Positions 1 to 9,260 of a DNA stretch of 43,792 nucleotides are shown in pieces; the stretch's first letter is position 1, and every line of letters begins with the position of its first letter. The notes below the pieces were generated by a model. The model worked only from the letters and a program-made list of their open reading frames with translations. It made no database searches and had not been told where the DNA came from. Origin of the DNA: a virus (lineage: Duplodnaviria > Caudoviricetes); the IMG/VR virus record IMGVR_UViG_3300032257_000029, positions 1 to 43,792 of that record; one strand, written 5' to 3'. A program made the position numbers and the translations under genes.

Positions 1-818
1 AGATATACAAGGGCTTAATTCCTACAGCCTCTAAAATGATGAAAGCAAAGGATAACTGTGTTAATGACGTTAATTACCCTGTGTATGCTGGGATTAAGTA
101 TGATGGTAACTATACAAATGTTATTGTTCGTGATGGAGTTGCCTCGTTCTTTACTAGTGGAGGCCATGAGTATACTGTCCGTGATACTCATCCTTTTACA
201 GATGTACCTAATGGAGTTTATTTGGCGGAGCGAATTGGTCGTGAAGGTAAACTCGGAGATAGACGATATGCTAACCTTAGAGGCTCCAAACCTATTCAAT
301 ATAGTGTAGGCCATACCTTTAAGGTATTTGATTATTTGACTCTAGAAGAGTTCGAGGCCGATAAGGCCACCTATATGTATATAGATAGAATCGAGACTTT
401 CCTACATTCAGATAAGATGCTACATTCTAGAGAAGAATTAGAGGCCTATATGAATGAAGTAGTTAAACAAGGGTATGAAGGTTTAGTACTTAAGCAACCT
501 GACATGCTTTGGAGAAATAGTAAATCTAGGAAAACAGACTTTGCTAAATATAAACGTAGGCCTACAGTAGATCTATTATGTATAGAGGAGATAGAAGGTG
601 AGGGTAAATATGACGGAGTTATTGGGTCTCTCTCCCTTAAAGATAGCCAAGGCCGTATTGTTAATGTGGGTAGTGGCTTATCTGACTCGGATAGAGTACA
701 ATTTGGCTCGTTTGTTGGTAGAGTTATTGAGGTAGAGTATGAGCAGATAATGGATACATATATTCAACCTACCTTTATATGTATAAGAGAAGATAAAACT
801 AAAGAGGAGATAGACTAA
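1..818 (+). CDS. ATP-dependent DNA ligase, C-terminal part (adenylation and OB domains); N-terminus lies at the other window end
   Basis: Motif I KYDG, motif IV EGLVLK, motif V KYK, OB-fold C-terminus (VGSGLSD...IEVEYEQ). Frame is open back to base 3 (IYKGLIPTASKMM, resembling T4 ligase VWPGLIPEQPQML). Confidence 0.93.
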   Translation, partial: IYKGLIPTASKMMKAKDNCVNDVNYPVYAGIKYDGNYTNVIVRDGVASFFTSGGHEYTVRDTHPFTDVPNGVYLAERIGREGKLGDRRYANLRGSKPIQYSVGHTFKVFDYLTLEEFEADKATYMYIDRIETFLHSDKMLHSREELEAYMNEVVKQGYEGLVLKQPDMLWRNSKSRKTDFAKYKRRPTVDLLCIEEIEGEGKYDGVIGSLSLKDSQGRIVNVGSGLSDSDRVQFGSFVGRVIEVEYEQIMDTYIQPTFICIREDKTKEEID

Positions 819-997
819 TGAAACTGTTTAAACTAAGTGAAATAGGAGCTATGAAGCTAAGACAAGTGGCTCTCCTGACAGAAGAAATTAAAGTTGCAGT
901 AGCTAATGGATGGAACTACCATGCAGATGCCTGTAGGAAAGAGTTAGAACTAACTAAGTGGGAAGCCACTCATCCTCAGGAGGTGTTTAATGGATAA
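818..997 (+). CDS. hypothetical protein, 59 aa (MKLFKLSEIG...EVFNG), not in ORF track
   Basis: TAATG overlap with ligase stop, GAGGAG SD, fills the gap to the next gene. Confidence 0.75.
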   Translation: MKLFKLSEIGAMKLRQVALLTEEIKVAVANGWNYHADACRKELELTKWEATHPQEVFNG

Positions 998-1367
998 CGT
1001 ATATTTGAAACTTAAAAGGTTAGAAGTACCTAGCGGAAATGTATGGATGCAGGAGTCTTATGATACTAAAGGTAACTATATCGTATTTGATGGCTTTAAT
1101 GAGAATATAGTTATTGTGAATGATGTAAATATGCCACCAATAGTTTCGGTAATACCTAGGGATACAATAGTCAAAGATTACCAAGAGGTACACCACACTG
1201 ATATAGATAATGTCAATGATAACGTACTAGAAATGTACAAGACTTTATTGGATGTTCAGGCTAAGCTTAATACTTTCAACAATGGCTCAAAAGGTTTAGA
1301 GGATACTAACGATATATTAAAAGCTATTGCTATATCACAGAAACCTGAGCTAATAAAGGACATCTGA
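990..1367 (+). CDS. hypothetical protein
   Basis: AGGAGG SD, tightly packed in operon. Confidence 0.8.
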   Translation: MDNVYLKLKRLEVPSGNVWMQESYDTKGNYIVFDGFNENIVIVNDVNMPPIVSVIPRDTIVKDYQEVHHTDIDNVNDNVLEMYKTLLDVQAKLNTFNNGSKGLEDTNDILKAIAISQKPELIKDI

Positions 1368-1753
1368 TGAAAGAGCAAGGATATCAAACTAAGATAATGA
1401 AGGCTTGGGAAGCTAAAGGTGGATGGGTAGTTAATGGCAACTACACTAAAGCAGGTGAAGCAGACCTTCAAGGTGGATGGCCTGTATACTATGAGAAGGT
1501 TATCGGTCAGCATCAAGAGATAGTACTATTATACCTAGCTGTAGAAGTTAAAACAGAGAAAGACTATTATAGGGTTATGAAATGTATTAATGAGGTAGGC
1601 GGTGAGTATATCATAGTGCATGGTCAGACAGGGCTAAAAGAACATGAGCCTCTTCAAATAGCTAAGATTAACATGGTACGTAAACGTGGCGGATTGGCTA
1701 TATTAGCCTATGATATAAAGCAAGTAGAGGAGTATGTAAATGCAAATAGTTAA
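1367..1753 (+). CDS. VRR-NUC / PD-(D/E)xK nuclease, putative Holliday junction resolvase
   Basis: MKE start, GEADL, AVEVK, LQ...GGLA pattern typical of VRR-NUC. Confidence 0.75.
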   Translation: MKEQGYQTKIMKAWEAKGGWVVNGNYTKAGEADLQGGWPVYYEKVIGQHQEIVLLYLAVEVKTEKDYYRVMKCINEVGGEYIIVHGQTGLKEHEPLQIAKINMVRKRGGLAILAYDIKQVEEYVNANS

Positions 1754-1940
1754 ACTAACAATAGTATACAATTCAGTGGTGATAGAGGTGCATGGTAAAG
1801 ACCCTATTATCTTCAAAGAAGAAGATGAGAATACCGCAGTTAAACGGTTTATGAAAATGCAAGAGGACTTACCTACTCTAATAGAGGAGATAGTTCTTGG
1901 AGGGGCTTTCGAGCCAACTAAAGAAGAAGATGTCTATTAG
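1740..1940 (+). CDS. hypothetical protein, last gene of plus-strand operon
   Basis: GAGGAG SD, overlaps previous gene. Confidence 0.7.
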   Translation: MQIVKLTIVYNSVVIEVHGKDPIIFKEEDENTAVKRFMKMQEDLPTLIEEIVLGGAFEPTKEEDVY

Positions 1941-1941
1941 A

Positions 1942-4458
1942 CTACTTCTCTTTAACTATTAAGAGGACTTCTCCGTTCTCTACTTTCTTTTCAACTACCT
2001 CAAACTTTCTGTTTGAAGGAATCACAACCTCATCTTCGATATAAGTACCTTTAGCTCCTGCGGTAGGTTTATCTATTACATCATCAAACCCTAACTGGTT
2101 TCCTTTACCTAAATTAACAGGCTTAGATTTAAAGTCTTGGAACTCTATGAATACTTTAGGGCCTTTCTTACCTTGGAATTCCTCATTAGCAAACTGACTA
2201 GCGGTATTCTTATCTTTAGCTATAGAAGTAACTCCTTTAGTTTTATATGTCTCACCTACATCTAATTTAGCTAAGTCTTGACTAATCATTCCTCTAATAG
2301 CAGGTCCTTCATAGTCACCTTCTATATTCTTAAGAGACTTATCTAACTCAGTATGGTCCGCCCCCTTCTTATCTCCTATATAAGACTGTACCTTATCAGC
2401 ATTTAGTTTATCAGGAGTATCCTTAGCTAATAAAGGAGGCTTCTCTGTACCCTTAGCTTTATAATACGCATCTATATCAGGAGTAGATAGTCCTTCCTCT
2501 TTAGCAAAGTGATGAAATACCTTATTAGGGTTTTTCTTCATCCATCTAGTGTACTTAGCTGAGGTCTCTACAGGAAGAGCACTTCTACCTATAGACCTTT
2601 CAAATATCTCTGTAGCTTCAGGTACAGATTTACCTTGAGATAAAGCTACATCTAATAGGTCTTTAGCCTTTTGTGCGGGACTAGTAGTGACTTCAGGAGT
2701 TATAGGAACTTCAGGTTCAATTACCTCAGGCGGTCTATCTACCTCTAAAGTTCCTCCTTCAGCTCTATTTCTAAAAGCCTCATCTACTCCTTTATCACTA
2801 GAAGGCTCTAAGTTAGGCGTACGTCCTCCTGTCTTAACAGAGTTAATGGCGGCCTCTACAGCCTCATCAATCTCAGTACTATCTAAAGCAGGGTCTGCCT
2901 GTTTAATCTCTAACTTAAGTTTCTCAGGTTGAATTTTACCTTCTTTTAAAGACTTCTCTATAACACCCACAAGCTTTTGCTCATTACTAGGTAATACCTT
3001 TCTAAAGGCTGACTTGATGATAGTAATCATAGTAGCATCCCTCTGTCCCCTAAAAGAACTACGAGTACCTGCATCAGGTAAGATATCATCTAATGACCCA
3101 TCAGCTTTAATAGGTCTGTTGGCTTTCATATAGGCCGCCATATCATATTGATCGAATATCTCAGCATTCTTTTTAATCTGAGCCATAATAGGGTTTAATT
3201 CAGGTACCCCCTTAGCTAGAGCATCCTCATATACCTTAGGCCAATTAGTAGCCTGAGAGCCTTTATCAAATCTAGTATTCTTTTTAAATGCATCAGCTAG
3301 TGGGCCTGCCTTTAAGGCCTTCTCTACCTCTTTACTTCTAGCTGTAGTAGCCTTGATAACAGCAGTAGCAGCTTCAGGACTTTGGTCAATTGCCTGATGT
3401 ATTAGACCTGTGGCTCTCTGATTACCTGTTTCAGCTACACCACGTATAGCATCTTCTAGAGTAAGTTGGCCTGATTCTGTACCAGTTTTATATGCCTGAA
3501 TAGTCTCTTCAATCTGAGCATCATCTAAACCTGTCTCAGTTTTAATGGTCTCTATATGTTTCTTAAATTCAGGGGGCATTTCATCTATAGTAGTAAATCT
3601 GCTTTGTGCTATATTCTCAAAACTCTTAGCTAATTTACCTACAGTACCTACTACAGTACCTACTACTAGGGCCTGAGCACCTGCTTGTGCTTTATCAAAT
3701 CTCTGTCCTCTAGCATCTGCATATTGAAATGAAGACTCTCCTAGCATTAGCTTGCTTACACTAGTAGGATTAAATGCCATCATAGCTGCCATAGGTATAT
3801 GCCTAGTACCTGTCTGTAACATACCACCTGCACTATTAGGTCCATACTTATTCTCATAGTCTTGAGTACGTACCTCTAATTCTGCTTTAGCTAAATCAAG
3901 AGCTTCCTGCTCATCTGCCACTTCGATACCTAAAAAGTCTGCAATATCTAGTCCTACTTGAGATAATCCTGCCCCTAATTCAGCTAGTCCACGCTTAATA
4001 GGTTTGACTATATTCTCACCTGAAACATCTGTAGGAGCTGTAACTCCTCTACGCATAGCATCCAAGTCAGATAAATCTGTAGGGGTAGCCCCTTGAGCAA
4101 CTAATTCATCATTAATTGCTTGCTTACTTTTCTCACCCTCTGCTACTCTACGGTCTCTATATGCTTTTAGACTCTCATTAGTAAAAGCCTTATTAGGCAT
4201 CAAAGAATTCTCTAATTGAATAGATTGGTCAGGACTAAAAGTAGCTTTCTTTTCTTCTGCTAATTTAGCTTCAGCAGTAGCTGTTTGACTAGGAGTACTA
4301 GTCTCTCTCGGAGTAGTTAAGAAGTCTATTGCTCCCTCTTCCTCTTTAGGAGCAGGTACAGGAGTAACCATTTCCTCTAGGCCTTCAAAGTCAAAAGATT
4401 CCTCAGGGCCTTCTGTAGTAGCAAAGTTTTCAAGACCACTAAAATCCATTTCAGCCAT
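1942..4458 (-). CDS. large internal virion (ejection) protein with C-terminal ADP-ribosyltransferase domain
   Basis: Last gene of virion operon after other ejection-type proteins; acidic N-terminus, helical body, Pro-rich linker; C-terminal YEGPAIRG / GVTSIAKD / IEDEVVIP matches the R-S-ExE ART fold. Confidence 0.75.
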   Translation of the reverse strand: MAEMDFSGLENFATTEGPEESFDFEGLEEMVTPVPAPKEEEGAIDFLTTPRETSTPSQTATAEAKLAEEKKATFSPDQSIQLENSLMPNKAFTNESLKAYRDRRVAEGEKSKQAINDELVAQGATPTDLSDLDAMRRGVTAPTDVSGENIVKPIKRGLAELGAGLSQVGLDIADFLGIEVADEQEALDLAKAELEVRTQDYENKYGPNSAGGMLQTGTRHIPMAAMMAFNPTSVSKLMLGESSFQYADARGQRFDKAQAGAQALVVGTVVGTVGKLAKSFENIAQSRFTTIDEMPPEFKKHIETIKTETGLDDAQIEETIQAYKTGTESGQLTLEDAIRGVAETGNQRATGLIHQAIDQSPEAATAVIKATTARSKEVEKALKAGPLADAFKKNTRFDKGSQATNWPKVYEDALAKGVPELNPIMAQIKKNAEIFDQYDMAAYMKANRPIKADGSLDDILPDAGTRSSFRGQRDATMITIIKSAFRKVLPSNEQKLVGVIEKSLKEGKIQPEKLKLEIKQADPALDSTEIDEAVEAAINSVKTGGRTPNLEPSSDKGVDEAFRNRAEGGTLEVDRPPEVIEPEVPITPEVTTSPAQKAKDLLDVALSQGKSVPEATEIFERSIGRSALPVETSAKYTRWMKKNPNKVFHHFAKEEGLSTPDIDAYYKAKGTEKPPLLAKDTPDKLNADKVQSYIGDKKGADHTELDKSLKNIEGDYEGPAIRGMISQDLAKLDVGETYKTKGVTSIAKDKNTASQFANEEFQGKKGPKVFIEFQDFKSKPVNLGKGNQLGFDDVIDKPTAGAKGTYIEDEVVIPSNRKFEVVEKKVENGEVLLIVKEK

Positions 4459-6071
4459 TACTCACCTCCTCTAGAAGCTAACCATTTCTCATACCCTTCT
4501 TGAGTTAAACTAGGGAATTTCTCTCTAGCTTGCTCAAATGTAGGAATCTTAGTCTTCTCTATAGTAGGTAAAGGTTGCTTCTCTTCCGTAGGGGCTTCCT
4601 TCTGTGGTTCTTGCCTACCTTTACTAGTTACAGGCTCATACTGTCTAAACTTCATAGCATCATAGGGACTAACATCTATAATCTGTTTTGCATTAGTATC
4701 ATTTACTTCCATTCTACCATCACGAAAAGCTGTAATAGCGGAGATAATACTGTTCTCATCTGCTCCTGCTCCACCTGTAATAATCTCATTATAGGTTCTA
4801 CGTTCTGCTTCGGTCATTGCAAGACCTGTAGTAGTTTTAATAAAGTCAGTAATAATCAGCCCTGCTTTAGTATTAGCTTTAATAGTATCAATAGATTGTT
4901 GTACTTGCTCTTTTGATAACTCACCTTCTCCGAATTTACTACGTAACCATTGAACAGGATTAGCCACGAAACCTTTATCAAGGTCAGCTTCAGGGCCAAC
5001 TAGTCTATCCTCGAATTCATTGAGCCACTTATTAACTGAGTTAATGACTCGTTGTGCCCCTTCCATTTCTTTACCTAATCTATCTGCTCTCTTGGTGCCT
5101 ACTGGGCCTACATCTTTATGTAGTTTTTCTTGGTCTGCTCTAAGTTCAGATAGGTTAGATGTACTAAAGCTATTTGGGTCTTCTTCTCTATAGGTATCTA
5201 TCTTAGCTCTAATTTTCTTTACATCCCTACCCTCTTTACCTTCTGCGGCCTCTCTAACACCTGTAGTCATTTTAGTGAGAAAGTCTTTTTCGGTATCTAA
5301 CTGAGATTGTAATTCATCTCGTTTTTCTCCATGAGGCATAGTAGCTACCTTCTCTTCAAGAGATTTAACTAAAGCCATTTGGTCATCTTTCTGTTGCATA
5401 GCATCACGTCTACCTGACTTAACTATTGACTTATCTGTGAAAGCCCCTCTTAATGCAGATATGTTATCATTCATTGTTTGTCTAGCTTGAGAGGTAAGAT
5501 TATCTAATTCACCTGTAATAACTGATGCACCTTGAACATCTATAATCTGACCATCTTGTCCTTTAACGAATGCTCCACTATTATAGATTTGACTCATCAT
5601 TTCTTCATCTAGAGTATCTACATCAAATGTAGGGTCTGTCTCCTGTAGAAACCTACCCATAGCATTTTTATCTCCTATAGGATTGATAGTGGAGATATCT
5701 CCATACATTTGTTTAAGTTCAGGGTCTTGACTCATAGCTTTATTAAATGAAGTAACTGCCTGTTCAGGGTTACCATCAACTATATGCTCAAAATAGTTAC
5801 TAAAGCCTTGGGTACTAATACCTTTCTTTAAGCCTATTTGCTGTTGTTTACGTTGAAACTGCTCTTGCTCATCTAGTATATTCTGTTGTTGCTCATTAGC
5901 AATTCTAGTAGTCTCTTGACGTTGCCCTGCTTCTATTTGCTGATTCTTTATGTTCTGTTGCATTTGCTGTCTCTGTAGGTCAGCTGTCTGCATTTGACTA
6001 GTATGTTGTTGACCTTGTTGAAAACCTTGAACTCCTTGAGCTAAGGCCTGTCCTAAAAATAAACTAGGCAT
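4458..6071 (-). CDS. internal virion / DNA ejection protein (likely start MPSLFLGQ)
   Basis: Gln-rich N-terminus (GVQGFQQGQQ), helical, position in podovirus ejection module; GAAGGA SD before ATG at 6071. Confidence 0.7.
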   Translation of the reverse strand: MPSLFLGQALAQGVQGFQQGQQHTSQMQTADLQRQQMQQNIKNQQIEAGQRQETTRIANEQQQNILDEQEQFQRKQQQIGLKKGISTQGFSNYFEHIVDGNPEQAVTSFNKAMSQDPELKQMYGDISTINPIGDKNAMGRFLQETDPTFDVDTLDEEMMSQIYNSGAFVKGQDGQIIDVQGASVITGELDNLTSQARQTMNDNISALRGAFTDKSIVKSGRRDAMQQKDDQMALVKSLEEKVATMPHGEKRDELQSQLDTEKDFLTKMTTGVREAAEGKEGRDVKKIRAKIDTYREEDPNSFSTSNLSELRADQEKLHKDVGPVGTKRADRLGKEMEGAQRVINSVNKWLNEFEDRLVGPEADLDKGFVANPVQWLRSKFGEGELSKEQVQQSIDTIKANTKAGLIITDFIKTTTGLAMTEAERRTYNEIITGGAGADENSIISAITAFRDGRMEVNDTNAKQIIDVSPYDAMKFRQYEPVTSKGRQEPQKEAPTEEKQPLPTIEKTKIPTFEQAREKFPSLTQEGYEKWLASRGGE

Positions 6072-7938
6072 TATTTTGTCCTTCATTGAATTTAGTTGGT
6101 ATCTGTAGTGATTGAGATTTAGGGTTATTAGTTGCTCCGCCTAAAGCTCCGCCCATTACGGCTTGAGTGTCTCCACCTGTCATAGCTAGAGTAGGGTCTA
6201 CCTGACCTCCACTAATCTTCATAGCTAGCTGCTGTAGAATCTCTGATATTTGAGCACTATGCTTAGACCCATACTCAGAAATCTGAAGTGAAGCTACTTG
6301 TAAGTAACTAGCAGGGTCCATTTGACCTACATACTGACCTACAGGTCCTTGTAGGAATGTTTCAAATAATAACTGATTACGTTCTTCGGCATTATTATAT
6401 GGAACTGCTTGTACTCTAATATCAGCTTGAGAGAACTTGATATCTGTATCAGGGTCATTCAATGGGGTAACTATAATATTACCATTAGAGTCTTCCATGG
6501 CCTCACCTGTCTCAGGGTCTATTTCTTCTGCAAATATAGGTACTTGTATAGGTTGTCCGAAATTATCAGTCATACCTGTTGGTTGCATTAAAGGCTTATT
6601 TAACTGTGTATATCTGTCTCCATTAATAGGGTCTGCTACTCTAATTAACTGTGTAGCTGTGAAGTACTGTTGCTGTAAAGCTACAATATCTTTACCTATA
6701 TTACGTAGCATAGCAGTAACAGATTTAACTATCGGTGTTAATTGACTAGAAGCCGATTGTTTCTGCATCTGTACTTTTCTACCTGAATCACTTGCAAAAG
6801 CTTGACCTAGGAAAGAGTCATTAATACCCATAACTGATTTAATTCTAGTTAGTGCATTATCTAAGATAAGGTACTGAGCCTGTACATCACGAGACATATC
6901 CTCTATTTTAATACCTGCTAAGTCTGCTACTTCTACTACTTGATTTACACGATTGAAGGTTTCTCTAAACTCTTCAATATCATCTACAGCGTTCTTTTCT
7001 ACAAAGGCTTTATTGGTATTAACCAGCATTTGAATCTGAATAACTGCTTGGTTAATAGCTTTTTGAGGCTCTATAACTTCTCTAAACATACCATAGTATT
7101 CAGCTACATCACTCTTAAATGCTTTAGTTACTCTATAAGGGAACTTAACATTAAGATACGTAATTTCTTTCTTCTCTAGTATAACTTCGTCTGACCAAAT
7201 GACTGACCAGTATTTACCTGTACTAGTATCTTTAACTATAGAATGTACTATAAGATAATTATGCCAATATCTATATTTACCTACGAACTTCTTACCGAAT
7301 TCTCTTTCAAAGTCGGCATCTTGCTCACCTTCTAGGAAATTATCCTCATTAGCATTTAGCTCCTGAATTCGATTAGGCCATCTTAATTTAAACTCATCCT
7401 CATCAATCCATAGTGTTCTATGAATATATCGAGCATCAGAATAATCTTCTAGTCTACTCATAGGGTCTATACGAATCTGCCAAGGTGGTACACGAGTAAG
7501 TTCAATTTCATATACTTTACGACCGAACTCATCTGTAGCACCTGTAGGAACTACATTCTCATAACATACTGATAAACCGCTATGCATTAAATCTTGCTTT
7601 AGTTCCATTTCTACATCATCAAAGTCATTGTGGTATAGTGTATGGTCAACTGAATCATTTAATACTAGTGCAGATACATTAGAACTAGGATGAGAAGGGA
7701 ATACCTGAATATCATTAGCTACTGTATCTAAATAACCTAACATAGCATGCGTAAGCATTTTAACTACGTTATAGGTCTCTACTGGTTGCCCTCTACCTTG
7801 AAGTACACTAATCTCTTCTGCTGTATACTGACGATTATGATACATGTCAATGACTTCTTTAGCCTCTACTTGAGAGTTGCGAAATACATCACTAGAGATT
7901 TTATATGAATCTTTAAGGTCTGCTATAATAGGCTTCAT
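6064..7938 (-). CDS. portal protein (P22-like)
   Basis: 624 aa; YHNRQY...RGQP...NVV, DPMSRLEDYSDARY, YYGMFREVIEPQKAIN, GINDSFLG..SG motifs of P22-type portals. Confidence 0.9.
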   Translation of the reverse strand: MKPIIADLKDSYKISSDVFRNSQVEAKEVIDMYHNRQYTAEEISVLQGRGQPVETYNVVKMLTHAMLGYLDTVANDIQVFPSHPSSNVSALVLNDSVDHTLYHNDFDDVEMELKQDLMHSGLSVCYENVVPTGATDEFGRKVYEIELTRVPPWQIRIDPMSRLEDYSDARYIHRTLWIDEDEFKLRWPNRIQELNANEDNFLEGEQDADFEREFGKKFVGKYRYWHNYLIVHSIVKDTSTGKYWSVIWSDEVILEKKEITYLNVKFPYRVTKAFKSDVAEYYGMFREVIEPQKAINQAVIQIQMLVNTNKAFVEKNAVDDIEEFRETFNRVNQVVEVADLAGIKIEDMSRDVQAQYLILDNALTRIKSVMGINDSFLGQAFASDSGRKVQMQKQSASSQLTPIVKSVTAMLRNIGKDIVALQQQYFTATQLIRVADPINGDRYTQLNKPLMQPTGMTDNFGQPIQVPIFAEEIDPETGEAMEDSNGNIIVTPLNDPDTDIKFSQADIRVQAVPYNNAEERNQLLFETFLQGPVGQYVGQMDPASYLQVASLQISEYGSKHSAQISEILQQLAMKISGGQVDPTLAMTGGDTQAVMGGALGGATNNPKSQSLQIPTKFNEGQNNA

Positions 7939-8633
7939 GAGTTACCGCCCCCAGTCCACCCACGTTGTCGTTGGGACTCTGTAGGAGTAAAACCTGGCAC
8001 TTTAGTCTGCTCCATACTCTGAGCGGCCATTCCTAGAAAGTTACCTCCTGTTTGGAAGAAACCTCCTGCACTTTGCCCATATTGCTGAGAGAAACCTAAT
8101 TGCATATTTTGTAGGTTACCTAAAGCACTACTTTGAGTACCATAAGATTGATTAATATTAGCTACATTTTGTTGCTGTTGTCCCATTCCTAAACCTAAAA
8201 AACCTGCTTGTTGTCTAGCTACTTCTTGGTCTGCTTGTGTTCTAGATTGAGATAAGGCATCTGCTCTACCTTGTTCTATATCAGATACAGCTTGTGCTTC
8301 TATTCCTGAGCCTTGTAAACCTCTTGAAGCTAAGTTAGCATCTACTTGTGCCTGTGCTCTATCGAAAGACTCATTAATATCTACATCAAATTCAGCTTTG
8401 AACTTGGAAGGGTCTAGGTTACTATAATAACTAGATAAGTTATCTTGTATAGAACCATAGATAGACTCCCATTGTTGTTGTTGATAGATATTAAATTCCA
8501 TCTGTTCTCTAGACAACTGTAATTGCTGTTGTCCTAACTGTTGTGCATTACTAGCTGCTCTATCAGCTGCATCAGAAGCCTTCATACCTCCAATAATAGA
8601 GGCAGCTCCCATAGCTACTCCAGTTCCTACCAT
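7935..8633 (-). CDS. small ejection / DNA transfer protein
   Basis: Gly/Ala hydrophobic N-terminus, Gln-rich coiled coil, LASRGL motif; follows GNAT as in podoviruses. Confidence 0.7.
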   Translation of the reverse strand: MVGTGVAMGAASIIGGMKASDAADRAASNAQQLGQQQLQLSREQMEFNIYQQQQWESIYGSIQDNLSSYYSNLDPSKFKAEFDVDINESFDRAQAQVDANLASRGLQGSGIEAQAVSDIEQGRADALSQSRTQADQEVARQQAGFLGLGMGQQQQNVANINQSYGTQSSALGNLQNMQLGFSQQYGQSAGGFFQTGGNFLGMAAQSMEQTKVPGFTPTESQRQRGWTGGGNS

Positions 8634-8634
8634 A

Positions 8635-9057
8635 TTAACTCCTTGTTAATCTATAAAGTTTGCCTATGCAAGTATGACGTTTATCTAATACCTTTATATG
8701 CTCACTGTTAATCTCTGTAAGACCTAAAATGTTCCCTTCGTAATTAGCGAATAGGTAGTCATAAAAGTCTTTCAACAATTTACCTTTGCGATACTGTGGT
8801 TTAATATATACAACTAAACCAAACCATTGGACTAACTTAGGAGTTAAAGGGTCGTCCTCATTTCTCATGATAAACAGGCCCTTACCTTCTGTCTCTATAA
8901 TAACATCATAAGCCAATAAGTAATCTTCTGCAACTTTCAAGTAATCTGAAGGGTCTGTAGAACAGTCCTCAGGTTTGAGTTCCATATACATTGCATAAAG
9001 CATACTAGCTACTACATTGATAGAATGTTCATTAAGCTCATCTAATTTTATTATCAT
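8635..9057 (-). CDS. GNAT-fold acetyltransferase-like protein
   Basis: VVYIKPQYRKGKL resembles GNAT motif A; conserved position between nozzle and ejection genes. Confidence 0.7.
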   Translation of the reverse strand: MIIKLDELNEHSINVVASMLYAMYMELKPEDCSTDPSDYLKVAEDYLLAYDVIIETEGKGLFIMRNEDDPLTPKLVQWFGLVVYIKPQYRKGKLLKDFYDYLFANYEGNILGLTEINSEHIKVLDKRHTCIGKLYRLTRS

Positions 9058-9062
9058 ATTTC

Positions 9063-9083
9063 ATTATACCTGATTAACTTTAA
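9063..9083 (-). promoter_or_regulatory. internal housekeeping-sigma promoter, probably leaderless transcript
   Basis: Minus strand TTAAAGTTAATCAGG-TATAAT-GAAAT-ATG; no SD. Confidence 0.55.
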
Positions 9084-9260
9084 TTAAACCTTAAGGTCCT
9101 GTAGGTAACTAATTATACCTGCCGCATCAAGTCCTGTAGGTATTTCTGTTAACTGCTGTACTAGAGAATTATATTTATCTGCTATCTCCTGATTATACCT
9201 ATCCTGTAAATTGGTGTCTTTAGAGGTACTAGGAGAGGTTAAGGTTCCTTTATTATCCAT
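9084..9260 (-). CDS. small tail-associated hypothetical protein, 58 aa (MDNKGTLTSP...LQDLKV), not in ORF track
   Basis: AGGAG SD, overlaps nozzle stop, open to TAA at 9084. Confidence 0.75.
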   Translation of the reverse strand: MDNKGTLTSPSTSKDTNLQDRYNQEIADKYNSLVQQLTEIPTGLDAAGIISYLQDLKV

